Below are positions 12,201-27,200 of a stretch of 64,000 nt of DNA, piece after piece. The notes beneath the pieces are model-generated. The model saw only the letters and a program-made list of their open reading frames with translations, had not been told where the DNA came from and did no database searches. The translations under genes were made by a program, and so were the position numbers. Positions within the stretch are counted from its first letter, which is position 1. Each line of letters opens with the position of its first letter. The DNA lies in NCBI GenBank assembly GCA_034780895.1, contig JAUZTB010000072.1:13789150-13853149 (forward strand), given 5' to 3'. Origin of the DNA: Rhynchobatus australiae (Eukaryota).

Positions 12201-15200
12201 AGCACGTGGGCATTCAACCTCCAATACACTGATCAGTTTGTAGATAGTTAAATGGTAAAAGAAAACAAATTCATACAATGCTCATATGCTACGCAGGATG
12301 AACTAAAGAACATACTCTCAAATTACAGTCAAAATTATGTCTACAATTTCACAGGCAATGAACACATTAAGAACTCAATCAATAGCATGGTAGTGATATT
12401 TTAAAAAGTTATTCCACATGACTGTTGCTGACCAGATCAGGCTTTAATCCCCATTTCTAACCAGCCTAACAGTGCTGGGGATCAGGCACCAACTTGAACT
12501 GCAATGTTACTGCCTGATATTTGTGATGCATACATCATTTGCCATAGTCACACTGTCAGTTCTTGCTGTATGCTGGCGTACACAATTTCATTAGGAAATA
12601 TAAAATGAAATTAATATTTTTAATCATCAGCAAATATCATATACATCTGACCTTACAATGGGAAGAACATAAAAGAAACAGATGAAAGTGCTTTTGGAAG
12701 ATGGTTAGAGCTTAAACAGTGCCTCAAAAAAATGCTGGCTGAGATGACTGGCCTACAGCAACCAAAACCACCTAATTTTGTTGCATTCAAGCAATCAGCT
12801 GCTTTGCAACATCACAGAGTGAATTGAACTGGGTGGTGAAGGTGCGGTCCCCAAGCAGACCTCAAGATAGATCATTCATTTGGCACCTCTACCTACATTG
12901 CATCCTTTACAGTCTTATGCTAGGCTCGGCTGATCTTTGAGGATGGGAACGTTTAACATTTGCTTCTGTTAACTGCTCACTTGTCCAAAACCATTGACAT
13001 GAGAGCTAAAGAGCTTTCATCTAATATACTTAGTTCTGGCCACANNNNNNNNNNNNNNNNNNNNNNNNNNNNNNNNNNNNNNNNNNNNNNNNNNNNNNNN
13101 NNNNNNNNNNNNNNNNNNNNNNNNNNNNNNNNNNNNNNNNNNNNTACTTAGTTCTGGCCACAGGCTGCATGTTATCCTGAGATATAGGGCTAGTACAGGA
13201 AAGTGGTGCTGAGGTAGAAAATCAGCCACAATCACATTTAATGGCAACAGAGGCGCAAGAAGTTGAATAGCCTACCCATTTTTCTGTTTCTTCAGTTCTG
13301 CTATATTCATTCTGAATCAAATTGGTCAGAGGGTCCCCATCTGGAGGGGAAAAACCCTCCAATGTTTTTAAGTGGTGTTTAACATGGATGTACTGATTCA
13401 GTAGGTTGAGTGATTGTAGCTGCAAGCATTCTCTCATAGTGCCTGATCCAATGGGGTCCAGAAGAGATGTTGAGAAATCCCCTTTCCTGACTGTATATCA
13501 CTGACCTGCTACCACTAATCTGTCTTGATTGGTGGGATAGTACACTCCCAGGGATTGTGATGGAGGAATCTGGGATGTTGGTTGAAGGTACAATTTTGTG
13601 ACCATATTTATGTTGGGTTGTTATATGACTAGTCTTAGGACAGCTCTACCAACTTAATCATGGAGAAAATGGGCTGTTGTTCCTTATAGTATCCGAATTC
13701 AGTGCCTGGTGTTGAGGGATTTTATTCTCATTATTCACTTGCAACTCTTAACTAGGGATTGAGCTAGTTTTCATAAACAACTATAAACCTTTTTATGTGG
13801 TTGCTTTATTTGCACTGATTCATATCTGCAATTCTTGTGTAGTACCAGATGCCAACCAATGTAAGAAAGGCAAAAAAGTATCTTGCAAGCCACTGAAACT
13901 TACCTGCATCATTTCCAAAAAGATAACTGGACAAATTATCAGCAGAGCAACACCAACTTCACCCCACAACCCACAGCTTGGTTAGACCATCTCAGCCACC
14001 ATGAAGCCAAGGTTTAAGATTTTGTTCTAATTAATATCAAGCAATTTCATCATGATAGGAATCTGGGTATTAGGGAAGGACAGGGCTGTGATGACTCAGT
14101 GTTTAAATGCCAACAATCACCATCAGGGTTCAAAAATAAATGGGGACACAGATGAGATAGGAGGATGTCCAGTCCCCGTGGATCATATCCCAGCCTTCAG
14201 GAGAAATTAAAAAAATGAATCTAATTAGTAGGGGGCATGGCCATTTGTGGTTAAAAATATATTTAATCCTACACTTAAAGGCATCAAACTGCTACAGGAT
14301 GATGCCTAAAGTAGGAGTACGAGAAAAAAGGAATATCCTTCCCAACTCAATCATAAGTATGTGTGCATTTTATAGCTGTTATCGCACTGCAGCTCCTTGT
14401 TCACATACCCCTTTGGACACTGCTTGGCAGAGGTGCTGCATCCAGTCAGCCATCTCCTCCTCATTCTCAGCACTGAGTTCCAGAGCCAGCCGCTCTGTCA
14501 GAATCACTTGGAATGTGTGGGGGCGTTCCGTAGTGCTGGACCTCCGGCACCCTCCGCACTGTTCTCCACTACAATGTAAACAATAAGACAGGTGCAAATA
14601 AGCATTTGAGGCTGTACAATAGCTTCACTATTCCATGTGACCATTGTTCATATGCATCTTGATTTCACCCATGGCCCTTGGCTCCACAACCCTTATAAAA
14701 AGGCTAGCAATCTCAGTTTTGAAGAATTCAATTGACCAAGCCTCAGCTTTTTTGCATTTTGTTTGTGTTGACAAGAGAGGTTTAGAATTTTCCCACTGTC
14801 CTTTGGATGAAGAACTGTGTTCTAAATGTCAATTTAGCTTAGCTTTGATTTCAAATCATACCTTCTTGTTTTGGACTCTGATCAGAGGTGATAATTTTGT
14901 ATTCTATAATCATTTTAAACACATTAATTAAATCTTCTGTATTCAAGGGAAGGCAAATCTGGTTCTCACAATGAATTGCTTTAAGTTCAGGGAATCTGGA
15001 CTACATTGCCAACAATGCATCTTTTTGAAACGCAATACTCTGAACTGAATGCAGTGCTCCAGGTGGGATCTATATTGCCACATTGCAACTTCCATCCCAT
15101 TCAAGTCTTCTACAAGTCTTTCATTTTTTGTGTACTTGTTAAATAGATTCAGCTAGTTCTATTTAGATTCAGTTTGTTCTATATTATTATCTGTTGCCGT

Positions 15201-18200
15201 AAGATCTAACTTACTGCCTACTAGAAAATACTCTTGTTCTATTTTCAGATGCTAAATGGGTAACTTCATACCTTCCTACACTGAAGTCCATCAGCTAGAC
15301 CATCATCTGTTACATAACCCACGTGCAACTGTTTGTTCCCAGTGACACCACTCATGGTGCCACTCAGTGCCATTAATAAAACTGGGTATATGCTTTCATC
15401 CAAGTAACACAAAAATAGTAAAAATGGTGCAACTACAATATGGATACCCAAAGGAACACCACCACCAGTGCAGTCAGCCACTGAAGAAATTAACATATCC
15501 CTAATCAGCCTCCTGCCTCATACTCATTATTCAAACACTGATTATATCTAATTTTATGCTATTTTTGTTAGCAGCTGCCTAGGTGGCAATCTTGTCAACA
15601 ACTTCTGCCAGTCTGTATAAGTAACATCTAATAGGGATTCAAATTTAAGTGTCAATTTTTATTCAACTAGGCTCGGAAGCTCTGTTGACAAAATAGAACG
15701 TTCCTGGGCTTGACAATGCCCTCGTTGAGAGGATTTTATGAATTCTGGGGTTTCAAATTATTGTTCATCCTTTAACTTCTAACCTAAAGCCAATGGTTCT
15801 ACCACTGTGAAAACGTCTGAGCACAACTGAGAAAGACATTATAATTTACAGAAATACACAAGCATGGTAATCCAGACGTCAGGTATACCATCCCAGTGGA
15901 ACTCTGCAAACCCCAGGTTTGAAATATGATACATGTTAATAATTGTGCCACGGAGCTGAGAAGTCACTCAGTTGTTACTATTACTAATCATTACTGTGTT
16001 TACTGCTGCACAAGTACACCTATACAGGACAGATGAGGGCAGGATTAGGCTTAGTCATGAGACCCACCATGAAGTAATTTGTGAACAATCAGTCTAGGCT
16101 CCTTTGTGTTGATTAGAAATGTGGGCGAGGTGCTCGAAGATTTCCCATCCTGTGGAACTGCTCTCTCAGATGCATTAATATCTTTAATGAGGTGAGATAG
16201 AGAAGGAAGAAAGAAAAGAACAGACAAATAGAAGGAAATGTGTTTCCAAAGATGTACTTACGCCAAGTTTACTGACATGAGAGGCATTACATCTATCCTG
16301 TCTGGATACTGATAGAGGATGCCGTTGCTGCAGAAACAAAACACCCTTATAAATAGAACAGTATAGACTGGGAACTACCTTCAATGCTGCAATAAAAAAG
16401 AGCTGGCTGGGGGGTGGGTCACTTACAACATCTCTCCCAAGCCAACCTCTTCATACAAAAATTTTCAACAAATGCTCAATTAACATTTCATTCCACAGTA
16501 AGAATCTGAATTAGTATCATCAACATTTTGTGTCACAGTATCCAAATTTTCCCCTTGTGTTAGCGAAATCATAAAGTGATGGTTCAGGTGGAGTTTTGTA
16601 ACAGCTCACCTCAGCTGAACACTGCCAACATAACAAACACGAGTTTGAAGGCAACTGAGGTGCAGCTTTAGTAAAGGGCATTACCAGGATGGAAGAACAA
16701 TGTACATCATGCTGGCTCAAGTACAACATGCATGTAATTGGTATTTATTTAAAATGGTCTCTACCTTCAGTGGCTATAACAGCAATATTGCTAGAATGTC
16801 ATTGACAAGCAAGTCACACTCCATGCAAGGGACACAGAAAATCAGTTCAATAGCTTAGCAGTCTGAAATTCTCTATTTGACCACAAGGACTACAACAATT
16901 TACTTTGGATGGCTTGCCTGTATCACGCATAGCCAGAAACAAAATTATAAAAAAGCTGGAGCTCCGATTCAATCATGAGTTTGTACTAGATTAGCCCAGA
17001 CAAGGCACTCAGTGCTTCATTGCTACGGAGAGGAAAATTCACAGCTAATGGTAGATGTACACTTGAGTATTTGCATTGCTTATCTAGGCTTTTGCATCGA
17101 GTGTAGTTAACTGGGAGGGTACTGGTCAAATGGCAATACAGGGCCTTCAGAAAGAAAGGAGGAAAAAAAAACCTGATTTTAAATAGAAACACAATATTAG
17201 GGACAGGATCAGGCAAGTCAGCTCAAATCTGCTCCATCCTTCCATATGATCATGACTGATTCTCCATCTCAATACTACATTTCTGCTCCCTCCCTTACCC
17301 ATTGATGTCTGTGTGTCCAGAAATCCATCTCCTCCTTAAAAACATTCAGCAGCTTGGCCTCCACCACCTCTGTTCATCACTCTGACTGAGAGCATTTCTC
17401 TTCCTCTATGTCCTACCCTGTATCCAGAGTCTGTGACCCCGAGTTCTAGAACCATCCATCAGGGGAAACATCCTCCCTGCACCTGGCCCACCAAGCACTG
17501 TCAGAATTTTGTACATTTCAATGAGAACCAGTTTCAATGAATACAAGCCTGGTTGAATTTCATAGAGAATGTACTGCCTATAAATATTTATCAATGCAAG
17601 TGTTTTAAAAACTGCCTTGTTACATATGTAACAGTTTACAGGCCCCCAACTATAAGCAAAATTATACAGTAACTTCAAACAAATGCAGAATTGAGAGGAC
17701 AGTGCCACACCTGAGTACTACATAAGAGGGCTTCCAGATAGGGGAGCCCAAGTAGCTAGTCCCAGCCTTGTAATGTAGAATTCCTTCTTTTGTAACTGCA
17801 TTTGCAACAGCCATGTAGAGGTTCTTCTGGGGCCCTACTGTTACATCCATGGGATCTTCCCAGTGAATCAAACTGTAGAGGTGGATGGTGACATCAGACA
17901 CCTGCAAACAGATTCGCCAGAATTAGGCATACAGCGGATGAAACATTGTTGATAAACAGGTTAAAGCAATGAATGTAATTTTCATTTGTTATTCTATCTA
18001 ATGCCAACTTCTGTTTTTTTCCCCCAGTTGGAAATACACACTGCACTCTGTTTTCTCATTCATTGTCTCATGTATTGTCCAAATCAAGATCTTTAAATGA
18101 ACACAAAATGGTCACTCAGCAGATCAGGAAGCACCCGTGGAAAAAGAAACAGTTAACACTTCAGGTTGAAGAACCTACTTCAGAATTGGGAAAGAGAAAA

Positions 18201-21200
18201 CAAGTTAAAAATTGCGATGAGAATAGGGAGAGATGGATAGAATAAAGAGAATCTCTCTGATAGGGCATGGGGATAAGCTGTTGATAAAGCAATCTGGTTA
18301 ATGAGGAAAGTTAGAGAAATATGATAAAAAAAAAACTGTGAGATGAAGGCAGTTAAAGAAAGAAATAAAAGATGGGAAATGCAGAGCTGTAGGGATTGCT
18401 GAGCAGAACAGGTTATGATAATGGAGAAAGAAAAACTGAAATAATGTTACAGTCAGATGAACTTGCTTTCTCCAATATCAGAACTGGCTGAACAGCTGTT
18501 GAATTCAACATTGAATCTAGAAGACTGTAAGGTGCCCAGACGGAAGGTACTATTCCTCAAGCTTATGTTGGGCCTTGTTATAATAGTGCAGGAGGCCACT
18601 GACAGATATGTCAGAGGTGGGAGTGGAACAGAGAATTGGAAGTGGAAGGTGACAAAAATATCAGGGCTGCCCCTGCAGACTGAATGCAGGTGTGCCGCAA
18701 ATTGGTCAACTAATCTGCATTTGGTTTCCCCAGTGTAGAGTGCGTATTTTGAATACCAAACACAGCACACTAAATTGGAAGTGCAATTGAATCCCTGCTT
18801 CATCTGAAAGGACTGTTCAAGTCCCTAGATGCTGGGAAGAGGTACAAGGCAGGTGTTGCATATCAAAGTGCCACAAGGGAAGTGGTTGGTGGAAATGCAA
18901 GAGTGGATTGGGAGTTGAGAAGTGAGCAGTCCTTTTGGAATGCGGAAAGAGTGTGATGGAATCTCGATGAAGGTGGCAGAACTGCTCAATTTTTCTCTCA
19001 CCGTGAGCATCCCTTGATCTGCTTAGGCAGTCCCTACAGTTCTACATTTTTCAGATTTTACATTCCTTTGTTTGTGTTTTCTCTCTTTAACAGCCTTAAC
19101 ATTTCACAGCTTTTGTCCATATTTCTCTGAAACTATCCTCATTAACACATCAACCACATAACTTCATCAATAGCTTACCCCTACAGAAACCCTGCCTTCA
19201 CCTGATCAGATTCCCTTTATCCTACCTATCTCCCCCCACCCTGCCTCCTCTGCAACTTAAAATTAACCTGTCTTATTCTTTCCAAGTTTTGATGAAGAGT
19301 CTTTGAAATGAAACATTAATTCTGTTTCTGGCATTTTCTGGATTTATTTCAGACTTGCAGCATTTGCATTATTTTAAAATTTTCATCATTAAAACACTCC
19401 CTACATACTTGGTGTCATTTCTTCTAAAAAGCACAGGATATTGAATACAATGTTTTAGCACCACATGAATATTTTTCTGACACATCACAACCTTCTTGAC
19501 TCCATCTTGTTTCCTCAATGGTGCCCCCTCATTTCCGTTACCTCACCTCCTCTCACTTTTCTTAAGTTGGTCAAGTGATTCGTATTTCATCCTTGACTAA
19601 ATGGAATCTGTGGATTGCTCCATCCCCACCTCCTTGCAAATGCACGTGCCCAGTAGTGCTCATCATTGTATTAAGCGATTTAACAGAGAACACGTGCATT
19701 TCCATCTTATCAAAAAACCCAAGACCATCGCAGAGAAAAAAGCAGCATGATTACCATATTACCTCGCATCTTGATTCTTGGGCCACAAATTTGGTCAGTG
19801 CCAGTTTCTGCATGGTGGCATCCATAAGAATACTGGGATATGGGGGCTCTCTGCAGCCCTTAATCATAGCAGATCGTAAAGCAGTAAGGAAAAACCTATA
19901 GATAAAAATAAATTACTGTGACGAAATAAACTTTTGACTGAAAAAGTCCAAGAGAACTACAGTTCTAGGCACATACCTATAACAAGACAAGTGCAATTTA
20001 AATCACACCACTGATATGTCTGGTCTAATTAATATTTGCTTTTCTTCTCAGAATCCTTCTCTCATCTTGAAGATTTTGGCTTATTAATGTACAGTTCTAC
20101 AGCTGCCAGCTACCCTCTGATATCCTGTCAAGCCTAGATTTGAGTAGATGGATTATTTGTATTTATGGACAATGCCATGGTTGAGTCTGATTTCCCCCCC
20201 TGACATATACACAAGATTCTTATAGAATTCACTGGATTGGTGTATGGTGTTAGAACAGGCCCAAGGGGATTCACAACTATTGTGGTTCTAGCTGAGATCA
20301 GCAAACAGACTAACACTGCAGTGGTAAAAAATGATTATGTGGAAAGTACTTATTTTGCTATAAACACATGATATCAACTGAAAATTTATTTAAAAATCTG
20401 AATACATGACCACCTCACCCAGTTACAATAAAAGTATCTTGTTTGAACCTATAATCTACAAACTCTGCAGAGGAGAGAAAACTACAATGGCAAATGAAAG
20501 AATGATCACCTGTAAAAGTAGCTGATGCACCACCTGTTACAGCTCACATTTGAGACTTGAGGCACAATGTATTTAAAGACAATGAACATGTCTGAGCACA
20601 GCTGTACCTTCAATATTTCATTACAAATAAAAAAAAGTCAGACATCATGAGCTAGTGCAGGAATCAAAAGGGAAGTTCAAGACCTGAACTAACTGCGTTG
20701 CCACACAAATGTAGACAATTATCAAAAGGCCTTAATTGTGGGCTTGGGTAAAAGGAGGAACACACAGGCAATGCCAGACTGCACACCCCCAAGATCACCA
20801 CAATTTGAACTTACTCAGTTAGAGATTCATCTGCTGTGTCAAGCAGGAACTGTCTCCGACGATTGGTGCAAACAAGCTGAACTGTCTGTTGGCCAAGCCC
20901 CACCTTTGACAGCAAAGAACATACAAATGAAAGACTGCAAATTCTGACCAAGGTCAGAACAAAATAAACTGTACATTATCCTACTAAATGGAAGTACCTT
21001 ACACTGCATATTAAATGATAATATGTTACACTGTAATATTCCACATTCAGCATTTTGTTAATTTTACAATGTATACTCCTTTTATTTTATCTTTTACACT
21101 TGAAGTCGTACTCGTTTAATTCCACAGGTGGCAGCAGCCATCCAGTACTAAATATATTGCCACTACTCAAGCAACAGGGATGAATTAGGTTGAGATGGGA

Positions 21201-24200
21201 GTAAGAGGAAGGATGGTACATAATCAAGTACAATCCTGGATTGACATCTGTTCATTTTGCAGCATGGGTCATCAGGCAGTAACCAAACATCTTGCTTAAA
21301 GTTGTTTTACTTTCATTTCCCAAGAGCCAATGAGACCAACTGCTGCACCCCCAACAATACCATTTTAAAATTCTTAATTATCAGCAGTACTATTACTGAT
21401 ATTCTATTTATTTTGCAAAGGGAGTGGCAGTGAAAATACTTGTCATCCGATTTTTCCCAGAAGAGAGCTGATAGGAGATGGTGCAACAGCCTGGCAAAGA
21501 GCTGGCCCAACCAGATAGATGGTCTCCAGATAACGAGTGCCATTTTAAAAATGCAACTCACCGAAACGTAGTCAAGTTCATTGTAGGACACTGCTTCCTC
21601 CACTGCATAGGGCTTATCTGCAGCTCCTACAGACCAAAAGATTGAGTCAGACATGGGCACTAAACTCCAACCCATGTCTCTACTTGCACTGTATTAATTC
21701 AAACAACTTGTCAATTACACATCTAAATACAATATTAAACCTTGTTTGAAGTAGAACCTGACTAGAGTGGAACCTTCAGTTCCTATTTCAACAATAGACA
21801 TTTCAATTATTTTGACTCTGAGGAAAACACTGATTTTATCTCCATTCCATTCTCCCTTCCTGAACTGAAAGCTGTTAATCTTGCTGTGTATAGATATATT
21901 GCACCTTCTCTATCAGCATACAACTTAAGTGGTCTTCCTTCAGAACCTTCAGTATTGGTTTGTAGGGTATTTAACCATGAGGGCAGTGTAGTTGCTTCTT
22001 TCAACTTCATGTCAGTTTATATTTTTTTCTCCTCTGGTCTTATTAAAATAGTAAAAACTTGGACTGAAAAGAAATAGTTACAATTTATACAGAAAATGGA
22101 ACTCTGATTCATCTGCCAGTTGTGCAATTAAGAAAATTAATACTAAAAATGGAACCATGACTACGTGCCAGTTGCACAATTAAGAAAATGTGACCATGAC
22201 CAAAGCCACTGACTTCTGGTTTTAAGATGGAAAAGTAATGGAAACAAGTACAAAATGTACTCTGCAAATTGTTGGTTATGAAGTAACCAAACCAGAAGCT
22301 ATGCAATTTGGTCACCATAACAATTTAAAAGGTGGGATTTGGTCTTTAAGAAAGTGAGTTCACTCAGTGCATCAGTTCCAGATAAATAGATATAAATAGA
22401 TTTACCTTTCCTCAACAGGTAGATATAACAATCCGTCAGCAGAACANNNNNNNNNNNNNNNNNNNNNNNNNNNNNNNNNNNNNNNNNNNNNNNNNNNNNN
22501 NNNNNNNNNNNNNNNNNNNNNNNNNNNNNAGGGGAAAAAACCTATACAGGCAGTTCCTGGGTTACACAAGGGTTCTGTTCCTGAGAACTGTCCATAAGCT
22601 GATTTCTCCGCAAGTCAGAAGCATCCGTTTTATATAGTAAGCCATATCATATTGCTCTACATACACTTGCTATAATTCTGTCATTTCCTTGAATCTTACC
22701 TTAACAGTACCCAGAATTAAACTGATGGAATATATATATCATCCAGTCATTAATAATGACATGAAACACTTATTATTACTAGCTTGAAAAATGCTTTAAA
22801 AATGTATGGGAGAACGTGTGTCAAGTCAGACTATCAGGTCATTTGTAACACAGGGAGCCCCTGCATTGGAGTAGCACTGTTCAGTTCATCAAAAAAAAAA
22901 TCAGCAATTTAGTTTAATAGCCCAGTTAACATCTATTGCTGAACCAGTAAGGTGTTGTATTAGGAGGTAATTAAGATGTTGCTGGGTCCTCAGCTCTGGA
23001 TGAGTGGAGTTTCGAAACTTCAAAACTCTTTGCTCATAGAAAAGACCATTTACTTGTCACATACATCAATGGTGAGGGCCTTGAATAAGATTTCCTTCTA
23101 CCTCCCACCTTAGCTGGAACATCAGCAGTTGTTAATTTCTCCAACTTATTCAGACTTGTTCTGGTATTTCACCATTCCCATTTCTCAATTTTTAATGTGC
23201 TAATTCATTGTTTTAAGTTTTATTAGTTGTTCAGTTTGTTCTCCAATTTTCTACCCAGTATTTCTCCATATATGCGGTGCCTAACCATTTCCACATTGTG
23301 ATAGGCGACTCTAAAGATAAGCTAAAAGGGGGCTCCTAGCCTCTTCATATACTAAACAGATGAATCAATTCCCTTTTTCTCCTGCCCTAAGAAACTATTT
23401 ATATAAGAGTAGATTGTTAGGATCAGCAAGATATTGGAGCTTGAACCTACATCCACACACATTCTGATTATACCCAGTTTCTAGTAGGGGGTGACAGGAC
23501 TACAAATCAGGTATTGTAACCTTTGATGATTCACCCTTTTAACGCAGTTTGTGTGCAGAGATCATTTGAAATGTCCCTGGTTAAGGCAGCACAAACTAGA
23601 CTGAACAAGGTACTTCCCTCATTTTTATTGCACAAAATTTTACCAGTGTATTTACAGTGTTATCAGTGTGCTCCAACTTCTTAAAATACTTCAAACAAAT
23701 ATTTTACAGATCAGTCACAGCTCCGTTACCTTATAGAGCTGCTCTTCATTCTCCCTGAAAACATGAATCATCAGCAAAAGCAACAGATTATTGTCCACCC
23801 TGGGGGAAGGGGGAAAAAAAACAGATTATCAGACTGCTGTCACCAATTCTGACAAGATCTCTATAAAAGCTTTAAGTCAAAACAAATCGATTAAGAACAT
23901 TCAGTAAAAAATTTCTCTCAAGTTATGGAGAATATAGATGTAGAATCAGAAATAACTGGAGTATTCATGACTATAGTGAATTGGCAGAAAAAGGTCGAAT
24001 AGATATAAATAATACAAGATAAATAGCAAACACAACTGTGGAGCAGGTTTGAGGATTGACAGTAGTTTGGCAGGTAGCTTCACATTGTTATTCAAATGAA
24101 AAGTACTGAGATCCATTTACAGAGTGATAAGAATGGGGAGATGAAATCCTTCCAAGCCAGTTAATTTGCTTCATGTTGTAGAATTTCAGTTTGAACTTTA

Positions 24201-27200
24201 TGTCAAACCAAAGTCCAGAAACAAGTGAGAGAGCACATGTACTGAATAGATAATAATGCTTGGAAAAAAAATGCAAATTTAAATGCAATCCTAAAGGTAA
24301 ACACTGAATTATCAGGAATTAGTCTCAACTGAAACTCATGTTCGAGGTACATGATATGCAGTTTGTTTAGATACATGCACAGATCCAGCATACAGAAAAA
24401 AAATGCAAGCTTAATTGACCATTCTGTTCAGTTCCAATTCATATTAAGTTGCTCTCAATAAAAAGTGAGGTGTTATCATGGGCTAATGACACTTGTTGCT
24501 GGATAAGAAAGTGCATGGTGTCAGCTATGAGTGGTCCAAACATTGATATTTGCGTGCAGGGTACCTGGGCACCAAGTGCCACTACGTACCGAGGTTCTAC
24601 TTGTCCCGACTGTTGCGAAGGATGGGTCTGGCCCCACAACGCCCCAGTCAGCTGGACGTTGCTGCACTACCTGTCCTTCGTGGAGAAGTTGTTCTTCCGG
24701 ACCAACCCCTTTGACCACAAGTCCATCNNNNNNNNNNNNNNNNNNNNNNNNNNNNNNNNNNNNNNNNNNNNNNNNNNNNNNNNNNNNNNNNNNNNNNNNN
24801 NNNNNNNNNNNNNNNNNNNNNNNNNNNTATATAGTTTCTTTTTTATTATGAAGGAAGTTTATTTTGTTAAAAATAATTTGCGTGCAGAGAAGGTTAGTTC
24901 AGAAGCATTTTTAAAAAAGTCTCAAAACTTACGGGTTAGGACAGGAAGGAAAAGCTAACTAGGCAAAATATTGCTGAGAATGGCTGCAACCCACTGAAGA
25001 AGTTAGTGCTTTCAGAAGAGATGGGAAGACAATTGGAAGAAAAACATTTTATGTTTTGTCCTCCTTACTGAGGCCCATTTGTGTTAAGGAGTTCTGACCA
25101 GCTGGAGTCTAGTCATAGGAAAAGATTGTCATTCTAACAGTCTGAGATTCACCTATGGAACCTTGTTTAAGTGCAAGGCCAGAGTTTAATCAAGCACAGT
25201 TAAACATCTCAACTCATTAATAGCTTGATATACTCCCTCAACCAGAGATGAGCAAAAGGTAACTCCACACATGCAACTTGTACATATAGTACAGAATAAA
25301 TCACATACCTGGTCAATATAAAGGGACAGACTGGCATGAATCAATTCATGGGGGGACAAAAATTCTTGATGGAAGACGGGACTTTCACATTTTGAGACTG
25401 ATCAGGTGAACTACATTCTGACCTTTCAGTACAACACTGCTGTTTTAGTGTATTCAATATTTTACATTGAATGTGCATATAATATACAATATAAAATATG
25501 AATATTTCATATGTGCAATCTCAACCAAGATCCTTATGAAGATCAAATTCAAAAGGCAACACAAAGTTTCCCATAACCTCCACATCCAAACTTCCAAGTA
25601 CAAATTCAGGGAATTTATAACTATTCCAGAGGTATGGAAGTTAATTAATGCGTCTGATTCCATTGGACAAATATTAAATTTAATTTTCTTTGCTTTTTAT
25701 GAAGCAGCTACAGTACATTTCCAATTAAACAAAAACATTTAAATAATCCAATGCACTTTACCTGAAGTCTGCTGGATGGGTTAGTTCTGAGGGACTATTT
25801 TGAGCTGCCTCATCCTCCACTGCATCTTCAGAAGCCAGGGTCTGAATTCCCAACTGTTCCACATCAGCCTCACCCATATTGGCAATTACATTATCAGACT
25901 CGTCGTCAGGTCCTGTATCAGCCTCTGCATTTTCTATTTGTTGACTTGTTGGGGCATCACCTTCTTCTGTGATCCCCAGTGCCACTAAAGTGTCAGGGAC
26001 GACTTCTTTGCACGTTTCTGTGCCAACAGTTTCATGGCTACTAAAAACATTCTCTGGTTGGCCATCCCCTGCAAGGTCATAGTTGCAGCTACCTGTTGCA
26101 CTAGCGCCTGGACTCTCAAGGGTAAACCTGTAGAACTCCATGGCAGGTGGCATCCGCTCACTATACTCGCTATGTGGAGGTTCATCCGGGGCCTTCCCCG
26201 GGACACAAGTCCGAAAGGGCTGCTCAGGGTGACTACCATCTGACACCCAAGTGTTGGCATCAGTTGTTTCATTAAGCTGCTCCATTACTTTGCTCAAAGG
26301 ATGCCCTACGCTGCTCATGGACGTGTCCTTCATCTGTGGTATCTGCAAACCTGGCTGGGCAGCATCTGCATCAGACTCTCGTCGAGTAACTCGTAACACC
26401 ACATCCTCAGGGTTAGTGTCCTCCTCAGTATCAGGAATCCCAGATGACTTCCGCATATCCAATTTTGTGCTTTGTTCATCTTGTGTTTCCAAATCACAGT
26501 TTTCCTCAATCTTTGCATCTTCTTCCTTTGACTGCTGTATTTCTTCAATTTTAACATCAAGTATTTGTTCCTCAGATTTGGCCCTCTTCTTTTTAGGTGT
26601 TCTCTTCTTCTTTGCCAACCTGTGGAGTTGAAACCACAAACAATTAATATCAGTTTTTCACTCATTTGTGCAGGTGGTAATTACCCATCCAGTGATTCAT
26701 TTAGGAAACTTCCAGACTGTATTTTTAGTCAGTTCAGAGTTGGCTGCCACCAACTGGGACACTAGTTAATGTTACAATCAGCCTCAGTCCCTAAGCTAAG
26801 GAGAGATAAAAGCAGTCAGCATAGTCTCTCTCATTCCTAACAGGAGGACAATGTTTTTGGATAAGAGAATTGTACTAAGCTGTGATATCCTGCATCTAAA
26901 TTTTTTGGTGACACTTTCTGTTTATGCTCACAGGTGAACAAAAGAGGCCAGTTAGGAAGAGTGCCCAAGGGTAGATAGCTGTAATGGAAATATATGCCCC
27001 CACAGTTTAATTTGGAATTTTATCTCCAAAGCACAGCTCCATGAACTTAAGGGGATGAAAGAATAAATTTGAAATTGAAGACCTCAAAGACTAAATTTAA
27101 CCTTATTCTGAAGGTCCATTGTTATAGGGAACCCAGAAGCATTAAGACAAAAAGTACTGGCCAATCAAGATAGTTAGCGCTCTCCATGGACAATATTGAA

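Noticed and set aside
22114-22200. Short imperfect duplication (tgccagttg..caattaagaaaat, twice)
   Set aside because: Small intronic duplication with no sign of function.
25800-26765. Several overlapping ORFs antisense to or in alternative frames of exon 9
   Set aside because: Shadow ORFs of the real coding exon.
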